Source: an uncultured Acidobacteriota bacterium (GTDB taxonomy: Bacteria; Acidobacteriota; Thermoanaerobaculia; Gp7-AA8). Taken from it: 64,000 bases of DNA. The position numbers and the translations under genes were made by a program. The notes beneath the pieces were generated by a model that saw only the letters and a program-made list of their open reading frames with translations, had not been told where the DNA came from and did not search any database. Below are positions 1 to 9,209 of this stretch, piece by piece (position 1 is the stretch's first letter; every line of letters begins with the position of its first letter). The stretch covers positions 128,001 to 192,000 of the forward strand of contig CAVUKB010000001.1 in the NCBI GenBank assembly GCA_963741955.1, in the 5' to 3' direction.

Positions 1-119
1 TCGAGCTGGAACACCCGATCAAGACGCTCGGCGTTCACGACGTCGAAGTGCGTCTCCATCGCGACGTGACCGCCGCGATCCAGGTCGAAGTGTTGCCCGA
101 GAGCGAAGCGCAAGCGTAA
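1..119 (+). CDS. rplI: 50S ribosomal protein L9, C-terminal part (runs off left edge)
   Basis: Frame 3 reads ELEHPIKTLGVHDVEVRLHRDVTAAIQVEVLPESEAQA*, the typical L9 C-terminus (PIKxLG..V.V.LH..V.A.I.V.V); TAA at 117-119. Confidence 0.93.
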   Translation, partial: ELEHPIKTLGVHDVEVRLHRDVTAAIQVEVLPESEAQA

Positions 120-131
120 GATCGCTCCTCG

Positions 132-1202
132 ATGAGCGATCGCTACGTGGAAGCCCCGCCCGCGGGGCTGGAAGGCTGGCGACGGGTCTGGAGCGATGAC
201 TTGCGTTATCGCCCCGGCCGGTCGCCTCTTCGTTTTCTCGGCTCGATTTTCGAGAAGTTGTTCGGCCGCATTCTCGCTCCCGAGCGTGACCGCCAGCGCG
301 ATTTCAACCTCGCGGTGCTGCAGTTGCTCGATGATCTGCGCGGCGACATCCGCTCGGTCGACACCACCCTGCAGCGTCTCAACCTCGATCTCCACAATCT
401 CGCCACCGCATCCGCGAAGCGGAGTGACGCTCTGATTGCGGCGATGGATCAGAAGACCGAATCCGTTGCCAGCCGCCTTCGGGATCTCACTGCGCCGCTC
501 ATCTCACCCGCCGCCAGCGGTTCGGTCACATTGCGTGACGATCTGGTCTACCGTCACATGGAAGACGCCCTTCGCGGGAGCCCCGCGGATCTCGCGGTCG
601 ATCTCGCGTTCTGGGTCGATCAGGCGGGCGGCTCCGCCCCGGTGATCGATCTCGGATGCGGCCGGGGTGAGTTTCTCGAGCTCTGTCGCGCCCGCGGCAT
701 CGCCGCGCGGGGCATCGACTCGAACGAGCGCTCCGTCGCGACGCTGCGCGAGAAAGGACTCGACGTCGCGCTCGGGCGGATCCCGGAGTGCTTCGCATCG
801 ATGGGGGAGGCCTCCGTCGGATCGATCTTCGCCGCACACGTCGTGGAGCACCTCACATTCACCGATCTCGTGTCGCTCTTCGCCGAGTCGGCTCGCGTTC
901 TCCGCCCCGGCGGTCTTCTGATGATCGAGACCCCCAACGCCGAATCGCTCGCCGTCACCGGATCGACCTTCTGGCGCGACCCCACCCACCTCACCCCGCG
1001 CCATCCTGCAGCCCTGACCCTCATCGCCCGGGAGTACGGATTCGCCGTCGAGCGGCTGGAGACGTCCGCTCCCCTCCCCGACCGCGACAAGCTCCACGCC
1101 TCGCCCGATGCCGCCGCGGACGTCCAGGCGATGGCCGGGCGCCTCAACGCGCTCCTCTTCGCCGACCAGAACGTGCGACTGTTGCTCCGCAAGGGACACT
1201 GA
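132..1202 (+). CDS. Class I SAM-dependent methyltransferase with N-terminal coiled coil (surface-glycan modification type)
   Basis: Motif I VIDLGCGRGEFL, HVVEHL, LRPGGLLMIETPN, FWRDPTH. Confidence 0.88.
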   Translation: MSDRYVEAPPAGLEGWRRVWSDDLRYRPGRSPLRFLGSIFEKLFGRILAPERDRQRDFNLAVLQLLDDLRGDIRSVDTTLQRLNLDLHNLATASAKRSDALIAAMDQKTESVASRLRDLTAPLISPAASGSVTLRDDLVYRHMEDALRGSPADLAVDLAFWVDQAGGSAPVIDLGCGRGEFLELCRARGIAARGIDSNERSVATLREKGLDVALGRIPECFASMGEASVGSIFAAHVVEHLTFTDLVSLFAESARVLRPGGLLMIETPNAESLAVTGSTFWRDPTHLTPRHPAALTLIAREYGFAVERLETSAPLPDRDKLHASPDAAADVQAMAGRLNALLFADQNVRLLLRKGH

Positions 1203-1390
1203 CGCGACGCGCCGAGAAACGCAGCGCCGGATTCACGACGATCGCGCCGAGGAGCGCAGGCTCATCGCCTGCGCCTTCGTCCTTCACCCGGGCCTATTCC
1301 GCAGAAACTGGTCTCGCCCCGAACTGCGTCGCTCGAATGTCATGAGCACCGCGGTGTGGTGCGACCGTCCCGGTCGCATCGCCCGAGCGT

Positions 1391-1492
1391 AGCGAGGGCC
1401 ACCCCTCCTCACTCGCCCAACCCCAGTGCCGCAGGTTGGGTTGAGAATTGCCACGGGGGAAGGCGCTCCGCGCCGGAACCCGGAGTTCACGC
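1391..1492 (-). repeat. Dispersed ~100-bp repeat family D, copy 1
   Basis: Reverse complement reads CCGGGTTCCGGCGCGGAGCGCCTTCCCCCGTGGCAATTCTCAA..., matching the copies at 5461, 7843 and 10686. Confidence 0.75.
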
Positions 1493-1699
1493 GCGCGAGA
1501 TCCCCGTTTCTTTGCCTGTCTCGATCATCGAGGGGGCGCGACGCGTTCCTGGGGCGCGGGAGCCACCGCCCTGAAGAACGTCCTGCACGCGGCGTGACCG
1601 GCCGTCGCCATTCGGATTGACTCTGAGCGAGATCGGCATCGCACCGGAAGATCGACACCCGGGGCCGAATCACCGACTTGCGCGCCACAAGCGATGAAC

Positions 1700-1863
1700 C
1701 TAGGAGTCTGCGCGGTAGAAACGTCCGTAGCGAGAAAGTGGAGCAGCGAGGCCAAATTCGTTCGGATTTGAGGTTCGTAGCGGCTACTCGCCGAAAAACC
1801 GGACGGATTTGGACCGCTGATCCGTTTTCGCAGTAGGACAGTTTCCATCGCGCAGACTCCTGG
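1700..1863 (-). mobile_element. MITE family A, copy 1
   Basis: TIRs CTAGGAGTCTGCGCGGTAGAAAC ... GTTTCCATCGCGCAGACTCCTGG; interior is the reverse complement of the copies at 4389 and 31551. Confidence 0.88.
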
Positions 1864-2092
1864 GCTTCGGACTCGCTATGATTTCCGTTGCCATCGCAGC
1901 CGTGATCTGAGTGGTTTCTCGGCCAGAAGGGAGCGACCTTCACCCGGTGGTTGAGTCGTCGCGAGCCTCCTCAGAAACTCCGTCCGGAACGGGAGCCGGA
2001 CCTAAGCCTCCGATTGCGCGATCGCTCGACCAGCGATTACCCTCGGGCGCTCGACCATGGCTGCGAGAAGGAGTAAGGCGAGACATGCGACA

Positions 2093-2166
2093 TGCGAAGG
2101 TCTGACCCCGAAGGTGACCCCGAAGGTCTTGCGAAGGTCTGACCCCGAAGGTGACCCCGAAGGTCT
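2093..2166 (+). repeat. Tandem 37-bp duplication built from CGAAGGT(CT)GACCC units
   Basis: TGCGAAGGTCTGACCCCGAAGGTGACCCCGAAGGTCT twice (2093-2129, 2130-2166). Confidence 0.85.
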
Positions 2167-2392
2167 GAGATCGGAGGAGATCTCGGGGATATCCGATCAC
2201 CCGCCTCGGACGCGTAATGTAGCCTGGCTTTGCGAAATGAGGTGTGGAGCGCTGGCGCCGCCGGTGGGAACGTTCGTCGGTCCCCGCTGACCGAGGACCC
2301 CCCGGGTGCGATCGCAGCCAGCTGAAGAGAGCAGGGGCCTCAACGTGGAATTCCCGGTCTGATATCATTGCTATCCCCGCAGGGAGGAGACT

Positions 2393-2626
2393 TTGGCGCA
2401 GCTGATCGTTCGTAATCTCGACGAGTCGCTCGTTCGCGAGCTCAAACAGCGAGCCGTCCGTCATGGGCGCTCGGCGGAGGAAGAGCACCGGCAGATCCTT
2501 CGGGAGGTGCTGCGTCCGAAGCGAAAGAGGCGTTCCCTCAAGGAGCTGCTGACGGCCATGCCCGAGGTTGGAGAGGACGCTGACTTCGAGCGTGCGGACG
2601 ATCGCGGGCGGACGGTCGAGCTATGA
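2393..2626 (+). CDS. FitA-like ribbon-helix-helix antitoxin
   Basis: MAQLIVRNLDESLVRELKQRAVRHGRSAEEEHRQIL; GGAGGAG RBS before TTG; ATGA overlap with the PIN toxin. Confidence 0.9.
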   Translation: MAQLIVRNLDESLVRELKQRAVRHGRSAEEEHRQILREVLRPKRKRRSLKELLTAMPEVGEDADFERADDRGRTVEL

Positions 2627-3036
2627 GCTGGCTGCTGGATACGAACGTGATCTCCGAGATCCGCAAGGGCCCGCGCTGCAATCCGGGTGTCGCGTCGTGG
2701 TGGGCCTCGGTCGCCGACGATGAAATCTTTCTCAGCGTACTCACCACGGGCGAGATCCGGCGGGGAATCGAGAGCATCCGACGAAGAGACCGGAAATCCG
2801 CGGCCGCCCTGGAGAGATGGCTCCGGCAGCTGGTGAAGGACTACTCCGAAAGGCTGCTTCCGATCGATGCGGAAATTGCCGACCAGTGGGCGCGAATGAA
2901 CGTTCCCGATCCGCTTCCGGTGATCGACGGGCTTCTCGCCGCGACTGCGAAGGTTCACGACCTGATCCTGGTGACCCGCAACGCTCGGGACGTCGAGCGC
3001 ACGGAGATTCGGGTTCTCGATCCGTTCACCGCGTGA
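2623..3036 (+). CDS. VapC/FitB PIN-domain toxin
   Basis: WLLDTNVISE, E..RG, IDGLLAATA, LVTRNARD PIN motifs. Confidence 0.93.
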   Translation: MSWLLDTNVISEIRKGPRCNPGVASWWASVADDEIFLSVLTTGEIRRGIESIRRRDRKSAAALERWLRQLVKDYSERLLPIDAEIADQWARMNVPDPLPVIDGLLAATAKVHDLILVTRNARDVERTEIRVLDPFTA

Positions 3037-3093
3037 GCCCGAAGGTGGAGCGCTTCCGAGCCGGCGGCGATGCGAAACAGCGTCCCCACGACA

Positions 3094-3126
3094 CGCCTCG
3101 TCGAGCGTGAGGAAGACCGGGGACAC
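3094..3126 (-). pseudogene. Probable N-terminal stub of a Doc/Fic toxin
   Basis: GTG just after the AbrB stop reads MSPVFLTLDEA, like Doc N-termini (xxFLTLDEV), then similarity ends. Confidence 0.5.
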
Positions 3127-3129
3127 CCG

Positions 3130-3357
3130 TCACTCCGCCAGCCGACGAAAGACCCCGGCAAAACGATCATTGATCTCGTCGACCGCTTTCTTCAGTTTCC
3201 GATTGCGGGCACCGGTGCGAACGGGCGAAATGATCACCACATCGCCATAGGTGGAGATCTCGAGGTCCGTGTTCTCGTCGATCCCCGTCTGTTCGAGCAG
3301 CGGACGATCGAGGATCAGCGAGAGGCTGTTGCCGGTGCGCACCAGTCGTTTGCTCAT
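3130..3357 (-). CDS. AbrB/MazE/SpoVT-type antitoxin
   Basis: MSKRLVRTGNSLSLILDRPLLEQTGIDENTDLEIS (GNS motif); C-terminus FAGVFRRLAE is typical of Doc-partner antitoxins. Confidence 0.85.
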   Translation of the reverse strand: MSKRLVRTGNSLSLILDRPLLEQTGIDENTDLEISTYGDVVIISPVRTGARNRKLKKAVDEINDRFAGVFRRLAE

Positions 3358-3596
3358 GTTCGTACGAATGCCGGAAGCCGTTCGTACCATTCCACCTCGT
3401 CCACTTCCCGCCGGTCAACTCCGGGACCGCATCGTCGCCTTCGGGATCCTCGGACCCAGTTTGTGATCTCCACCTTCCTTCAGCTTCTGACTCGGACATA
3501 CTCCTCTATCTGACCGGGACCTCCTTCGATGGAGCGCGCGCGAACGGGAACTTCGGGGCGCTCCGGGCGTTGTCTCTGTGGACGCGCGAAAGTCTG

Positions 3597-5231
3597 ATGC
3601 CAGCTGCCCGGAGGAGAGTGCCGACGTTGAAGCGACCAGTCCTGGTTTCCCTTCTTCTTTTCTCGACGCTGCTGCCGATCGGTTGCGCGCACACGGCCGC
3701 AGTGAATCGAGCCGCCACCGGATCGAACGAAGCGCGGATTGCCCGAGAGCTCGACCAGTACCTGACCATTCGCTCGGAGATGGGCGCGTTCAGCGGCGCA
3801 GTCCTCGTGGTCCGCGACGGCAGAACGATCTTCAGAAAGGGCTACGGGTACGCCGACGTCGCCCGGCGAGTCCCTTTCACGCCGGAGACGCGGCACGAGG
3901 TCGCATCCGTCTCGAAGATGTTCACGGCCATGGCTGCCCTGAAGTTGCGCGACGCCGGCAGGCTCACTCTTCAGGACTCGATCTGCCTTCACCTTCCCGA
4001 CTGTCCCGCGCAGTGGAAGCCGATCACGGTCGACGAGCTGATCCACCACACCTCCGGCATCCCCGACTATGAAGAGAAGCTCGGTCTCGGCTCCGAGAAA
4101 TACATGCGGTTCATGGAGGCGCAGGACGCGTCGAAGCGGATTTTCGAGGAAGCGAAGTCGCTCCCTCTCGGCTTCGAGCCGGGTACGAAGTTCGAGTACA
4201 GCAACACCGGCTACATCGTCCTCTCGCACGTAATCGAAAACGCGGCTGGCGAGGCGTTCGAGCGCTTCGTCCGGGAGACGCTTCTCGTTCCCGCCGGGAT
4301 GAGCCGTTCGGGCGTTCTCGGCGCCGGGCCGCTTCCACCCGATCTCGCCATCGGCTACACGCACGACGACCTGGGCTGGGAGCGGACCCTAGGAGTCTGC
4401 GCGGTAGAAACTGTCCTACTGCGAAAGCGGATCAACGGTCCAAATCCGCCCGGATTTTCGGCGAGTAGCCACCGCTACGCACCTCAAATCCGAACGAATT
4501 TGGCCTCGTTGCTCCGCTTCTCGCTACGGACGTTTCTATCGCGCAGACTCCTAGCCGGCGTGCCTCTGACCGAGGAGCATCTCGAGGCGCAGCCGTTCCT
4601 TCCTCTCACGCCCCCCGAAGGAGATGCGTGGCTGTACAGTACGGTCGACGACCTCGCCCGCTGGAGCGAGATCATGGACGGCAGCGCGCTCGTTCCTCCC
4701 GCGGAGGCAGCGGAAGTGTTCACGCCGGAGCAGGACGGCTACGGCGAAGGCTGGTTCATCGGCAACGCCTTCGGTCGGCGGCGCTATCGCCACACCGGCT
4801 CGCTGCCGGGGTACACGACGGACTTCATCGAGTTCCCGGACGACCACCTGACCATCGTCGTCTTCAGCAATCTGGATCGCGCTCCGATGGTTCACATTGT
4901 CCGCAACGTCTCTCTGATCGCACTGGGGATGCCGTACGACATGCCGGTGAGGGGTAAGGTCGTGAAGTTGACTCCGGAAGAGATCGCGCCCCTGGAAGGG
5001 ACCTACAGGATGGCGGACGGGACGGAGGTCGAGATTCGTAACGAGCCGAAGTACCTCACGGCCGACGTCAAGCGGAGATATACTGCCGGCCTCATTCCAC
5101 TCTCGCCGACTCGCTTCTACATGCCCCTCGCCGATGGCATTGTGACCTTCACTCCCGGCCCGGACGAACGAGCGGAGAGCGTGAACCTCCACTACAGCGC
5201 AGAAGACCATGTAGCGCAGCGAATGAAGTAG
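3597..5231 (+). CDS. Serine hydrolase (beta-lactamase/AmpC-like family) lipoprotein carrying an in-frame 54-aa MITE insertion
   Basis: SxxK (ASVSKMF), HHTSGIP, YSNTGY, LYSTVDDL, HTGSLPG; lipobox-like LPIGC; start uncertain. Confidence 0.9.
   Translation: MPAARRRVPTLKRPVLVSLLLFSTLLPIGCAHTAAVNRAATGSNEARIARELDQYLTIRSEMGAFSGAVLVVRDGRTIFRKGYGYADVARRVPFTPETRHEVASVSKMFTAMAALKLRDAGRLTLQDSICLHLPDCPAQWKPITVDELIHHTSGIPDYEEKLGLGSEKYMRFMEAQDASKRIFEEAKSLPLGFEPGTKFEYSNTGYIVLSHVIENAAGEAFERFVRETLLVPAGMSRSGVLGAGPLPPDLAIGYTHDDLGWERTLGVCAVETVLLRKRINGPNPPGFSASSHRYAPQIRTNLASLLRFSLRTFLSRRLLAGVPLTEEHLEAQPFLPLTPPEGDAWLYSTVDDLARWSEIMDGSALVPPAEAAEVFTPEQDGYGEGWFIGNAFGRRRYRHTGSLPGYTTDFIEFPDDHLTIVVFSNLDRAPMVHIVRNVSLIALGMPYDMPVRGKVVKLTPEEIAPLEGTYRMADGTEVEIRNEPKYLTADVKRRYTAGLIPLSPTRFYMPLADGIVTFTPGPDERAESVNLHYSAEDHVAQRMK
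4389..4554 (+). mobile_element. MITE family A, copy 2, in frame inside the serine hydrolase
   Basis: CTAG at 4389 and 4551; TIRs CTAGGAGTCTGCGCGGTAGAAAC / GTTTCTATCGCGCAGACTCCTAG; net insertion 162 nt. Confidence 0.92.
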
Positions 5232-5460
5232 GGGCCACCTTTTGCGGAGCGTCGGTGAGCATCCCCTCGCCAGGCAGTGGGGAGGAGTCACGGCGGTCCT
5301 CGAGACGTTGGCCACGACGGGCGTCATTGCGCTGGGTGGCCTCGGGCGGTCACGCCGCGTGCAGGAGATCTCTCTCGTTTAACCTCCGGCATCGCGGGCG
5401 CGCGCCGCGCCCGCCTGGATTTCCGAGACGGGCAACAGGAATCGTCGGCGTGGGCGGGTT

Positions 5461-5556
5461 CCCCGGGTTACGGCGCGGAGCGCCTTCACCCGGGGCAATT
5501 GTCAATCGCGCCTACGGCGCTGGAAGTTGCGCGAGTGGGAATGGGGGTCGCTTCGT
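5461..5556 (+). repeat. Dispersed repeat family D, copy 2
   Basis: CCCCGGGTTACGGCGCGGAGCGCCTTCACCCGGGGCAATTGTCAATCGCGCCTACGGCGCTGG. Confidence 0.8.
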
Positions 5557-5657
5557 CGTGAAGGTCCACCAAAGTCCTGCACGGATGTCGCGGGGCCGTG
5601 ACGGGAGACGATCTTCCCGCGGACACTCCTCTGGTATCCTTGCCCGCGGAGAAAACC

Positions 5658-7835
5658 ATGAAACGACTCCTGATCGCGAGCTGTGCCGCCTTCCTCTCCG
5701 TCGCCTCATTCGCTGCATCCGGCCATCCCGACTCCAGCACCCCCCCTCCGAAGCAGCCCGGCGGCAGCCAGTATCCCACCGCGCACCGCTCGGATCACGT
5801 CGACACGTACTTCGGCGTCAAGGTCGCCGATCCGTACCGCTGGATGGAGAACATCGACTCCCCGGATGTTCAGAAGTGGATCGCGGCCGAGAACGCGCTG
5901 ACACTCCCCTATCTGAAGAAGCTTCCCGGACAGACCTGGTTGAAGGACCGGCTGACGAAGCTCTGGAAGTACGAGCGCTACGGAGTTCCGCTCCAGCGCG
6001 GCGGGCGCTTTTTCTACACCCACAATGACGGGCTTCAGGATCAGGACGTCCTCTTCGTCGCCGAGCGCCCCGAGGCAGAGGGGAAGGTGCTCCTCGATCC
6101 GAACACCTTCAGCAAGGACGGCACGGTCGCACTCGCGCGGTGGACCCCGAGCTGGAACGGTAAGCTGCTGGCCTACGGCACTTCCGACGGCGGAACCGAC
6201 TGGACGACGTTTCACGTTGTCGACGTCGACAGCGGCACGAAACTCGATGACCTGATTCGATTCACGAAGTTCACCGACGTTTCCTGGGCGCACGACGACG
6301 GCGGCTTCTATTACAGTCGCTACCCGCTCGACGCGGAAGGACACGCGGACGAATCGAAAGCGGTGAGCGTCTTCTTCCACAAGCTCGGCACTCCGCAGAG
6401 CTCCGACCGCGAGATCTACGCTCTGCCGAAGGAACCGAAACACGATCCGTACGCCATGGTCACCGAAGACGGCGGGTACCTGATCGTCGACGTCCAGCAG
6501 GGGTACGACTCGAACGCCATCCACGTGATTCCTCTGAAGGAGGGCAAGCCGGGCGCCGCGATCCGCCTCTTCGACCAGTGGGATGCGCTCTACCGATTCG
6601 TCGGCAACAAGGGCTCCCTGCTGTACTTTTCGACCACCCGCAACGCGCCGCGGGGGAGGGTGATCGCGGTCGATCTCCGGCATCCGGATCCGGATCAATG
6701 GACCGAGGTGGTTCCGGAGCAGAGCGAGACGCTGAGCGAGGCGGAATACACGGGTGGAGAGTTCTTCGCCCAGTATCTCGAGGATGCGCACTCGCGGATC
6801 CGCGTCTGGGGCGCGGACGGCGAACACCTCCGGGACGTCGAGCTCCCGGGGCTCGGGAGCGCGGCCGGTTTTGCCGGGCCCGACGACGCCAAGGTGACGT
6901 TCTACAGCTACACGAGCTTCACGACGCCGCCGACGATCTACCAGTACGACATCGCCAGCGGCAAGAGCAGCATCGATCGGAAACCGGACGTGCCGGTGAA
7001 AGACCTCGACTCGTTCGAGGTACAGCAGGTGTTCTATCCCAGCAAGGACGGCACGAAGATCCCGATGTTCATCGTGCACCGGAAGGGGTTGAAGCTCGAC
7101 GGAACGGCACCCACCCTCCTCTACGGCTACGGCGGGTTCGACATCTCACTGACTCCGACCTACAGCCTCGCGCGGATCGTCTGGCTGGAGATGGGAGGGG
7201 TGTACGCGATGCCGAACCTCCGCGGGGGAGGGGAGTACGGCGAGGCGTGGCACGAAGCCGGAACGAAGCTGCACAAGCAGAACGTGTTCGACGACTTCAT
7301 CGCGGCGGCGAAGTACCTCGAAAAGGAGGGCTACACGAGCCCCTCCAGGCTCGCCATCAGCGGAGCGTCCAACGGAGGGCTGCTGATCGGCGCGGTGCTC
7401 AACCAGCAGCCGCAGTTGTTCGGAGCCGCTCTTCCCGCGGTCGGCGTGATGGACATGCTCCGGTACCAGACCGCGAGCGCGAATGCGGAGGGGTGGTCGA
7501 GCGACTTCGGCAAGTCGACCGACAGCAGGGAGATGTTCGAGGCGCTGCGGGCGTTCTCGCCAGTTCACAACACGCGCGAGAAAGGATGCTTTCCGCCGAC
7601 CCTGATCACCACCGCGGATCACGACAACCGCGTGGTGCCGTGGTACAGCTTCAAGTACGCGGCGGCGATGCAGCACGCGCAGAGCTGCGCGAACCCGGTG
7701 CTGATCCGTATCGAGACCCGTGCCGGGCACGGAGCCGGGAAGCCGACCTGGATGAAGATCGAAGAGATCGCCGACGAGTACGCGTTCCTTGCGAAGGCGC
7801 TCGGCATCCCGATGCCGCCGCAGACGAAGCCGTGA
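5658..7835 (+). CDS. Secreted prolyl oligopeptidase (S9A)
   Basis: Signal peptide; DPYRWME, YGYGGF, NLRGGGEYG, GASNGG (Ser), ADHDNRV (Asp), AGHGAGK (His). Confidence 0.96.
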   Translation: MKRLLIASCAAFLSVASFAASGHPDSSTPPPKQPGGSQYPTAHRSDHVDTYFGVKVADPYRWMENIDSPDVQKWIAAENALTLPYLKKLPGQTWLKDRLTKLWKYERYGVPLQRGGRFFYTHNDGLQDQDVLFVAERPEAEGKVLLDPNTFSKDGTVALARWTPSWNGKLLAYGTSDGGTDWTTFHVVDVDSGTKLDDLIRFTKFTDVSWAHDDGGFYYSRYPLDAEGHADESKAVSVFFHKLGTPQSSDREIYALPKEPKHDPYAMVTEDGGYLIVDVQQGYDSNAIHVIPLKEGKPGAAIRLFDQWDALYRFVGNKGSLLYFSTTRNAPRGRVIAVDLRHPDPDQWTEVVPEQSETLSEAEYTGGEFFAQYLEDAHSRIRVWGADGEHLRDVELPGLGSAAGFAGPDDAKVTFYSYTSFTTPPTIYQYDIASGKSSIDRKPDVPVKDLDSFEVQQVFYPSKDGTKIPMFIVHRKGLKLDGTAPTLLYGYGGFDISLTPTYSLARIVWLEMGGVYAMPNLRGGGEYGEAWHEAGTKLHKQNVFDDFIAAAKYLEKEGYTSPSRLAISGASNGGLLIGAVLNQQPQLFGAALPAVGVMDMLRYQTASANAEGWSSDFGKSTDSREMFEALRAFSPVHNTREKGCFPPTLITTADHDNRVVPWYSFKYAAAMQHAQSCANPVLIRIETRAGHGAGKPTWMKIEEIADEYAFLAKALGIPMPPQTKP

Positions 7836-7842
7836 ACGCGAA

Positions 7843-7945
7843 CCCCGGGTTCCGGCGCGGAGGGCCTCCAGCTGGGGCAATCGTCCATCGCGTCTGCGGC
7901 GCTTGGGGTCGTGCGGGAGGGAGTGGAGCGTGCTTTGCGGGGACG
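7843..7945 (+). repeat. Dispersed repeat family D, copy 3 (diverged)
   Basis: CCCCGGGTTCCGGCGCGGAGGGCCTCCAGCTGGGGCAATCGTCCATCGCG, directly after the S9 stop. Confidence 0.72.
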
Positions 7946-7979
7946 GTGCCGGTGGCCTCGGTGAGGAATCTGAGTTTCA

Positions 7980-8043
7980 GGGTGCCCCTTACGCTTCCCT
8001 CTCACCGAAGACGGGCGTCGGCTGAAGACATGACCCCGGACGT
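7980..8043 (+). repeat. Degenerate copy of repeat family E
   Basis: GCCCCTTACGCTTCCCTCTCACCGAA...TCGGCTGAAGACATGACCCCGGACG matches the units at 60277-60770. Confidence 0.75.
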
Positions 8044-8187
8044 GAAGGCCGCGCGAACGGGAGTGGCGAGAAGGATGAGGAACTGTAGCCGGTCCGCATC
8101 GGAGCGAAAGATCTTCTTTCGTTCGTTGCCGCGCGAGGTGACGTGGTGAACCGCGCCTGGAAACTCGAGTCGAAGGGTGCGTGCCAT
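8002..8187 (-). pseudogene. Truncated IS200-like/RAYT (Y1 HUH) transposase
   Basis: MARTLRLEFPGAVHHVTSRGNERKKIFRSDADRLQFL is the classic N-terminus; the frame breaks into the family E repeat before the HUH motif. Confidence 0.85.
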
Positions 8188-8459
8188 GCGATCGAGAGTA
8201 CCTCGGAATGGGCGAAAGACCGAGGGTTCTACTCCTCGTAGAATCGTCGCCGGAACGGAGCGGTTCGACCGGAGGTACCAACCGAGAGTGTTCGAGATGA
8301 ATGTCGTAGAATCCACGGTGCGACGCGATGATCTGAAGTGACGCACGGAGAAGGGTTTAGGAGATGCATCCGATAGGCGAAGCCTTGACCCCATCCTTCG
8401 CGTCCGGTTCGGAGGGAGGGGCGGAGTGATCCTCCGTCCCTACCCCTATCGCCCATTGA

Positions 8460-9197
8460 TCAGTAAGTTCCCGGCAGTATCGTGACCACCTGAGTTTCAT
8501 CGTTGGTGATACTTACGAGGCTCCAGATCGGATCTGCGTCGCTTTCAACCTCGATACGAACCTCGGTGGCGTCAGCCAGTTCCGGAATACCGAGCGAATC
8601 GATCTGCGCTTCGCCACGGTCCGTGGTGATAGTGAACTCGCGGATAGCGAGAGTGGCACCCGAATCGGCGTCGTAGTAGCGAACATGGCCGTGGCCCGCA
8701 CGCGGTGAAAAGGAATAGACACGGACCGTATGCCGGAACGGGGTTGCCGTGGGGACGCGAACGAAGGAGAATCGCAGACGTTTCGCGCTGTTCCAGTCGA
8801 CCGCCGGTACGAAGGTGCCCCAGTTGAGCGCGGTGCGCGACTCGTCGAAGACGCGCACCTGGAAAGCGAGGCTGGCGCGGTCGGCGCTCTCGACCGAGAA
8901 CCAGGCTGCTCTAGCTCCGTCCGCATAGGCGGCAAGATCAATCGGTTCGATCTCTGTTCCGGCGGGAACGCTCACGATTGCGCAATCTTGGCCCGAACAC
9001 GGAGGAGAGAGGAGAATTACGTGCGAACCGGTATTCAGGACTCGCACGTCGGATGTCCAGACTGATCCAAATGCGCCGCGGACGCTATCGGCAACGACGG
9101 GAATCAGCAGCCACGAAGCCTCGGTACCTTGGGCGCGAACGGACGTCGTTACCAAGAACGAGAGAACTAAGATCGCCATTATGCATATCTTACGCAT
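8460..9197 (-). CDS. Secreted hypothetical protein
   Basis: Signal peptide; LLIPVV..GAFGSVWTSDVRVLN and SITNDETQVVTI motifs; GGAG RBS. Confidence 0.8.
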   Translation of the reverse strand: MRKICIMAILVLSFLVTTSVRAQGTEASWLLIPVVADSVRGAFGSVWTSDVRVLNTGSHVILLSPPCSGQDCAIVSVPAGTEIEPIDLAAYADGARAAWFSVESADRASLAFQVRVFDESRTALNWGTFVPAVDWNSAKRLRFSFVRVPTATPFRHTVRVYSFSPRAGHGHVRYYDADSGATLAIREFTITTDRGEAQIDSLGIPELADATEVRIEVESDADPIWSLVSITNDETQVVTILPGTY

Positions 9198-9209
9198 GAA
9201 CACTCTCCA

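Noticed and set aside
4389-4554. Intein or self-splicing intron in the serine hydrolase
   Set aside because: No intein terminal motifs and too short for group I/II introns; TIRs and intergenic copies identify it as a MITE
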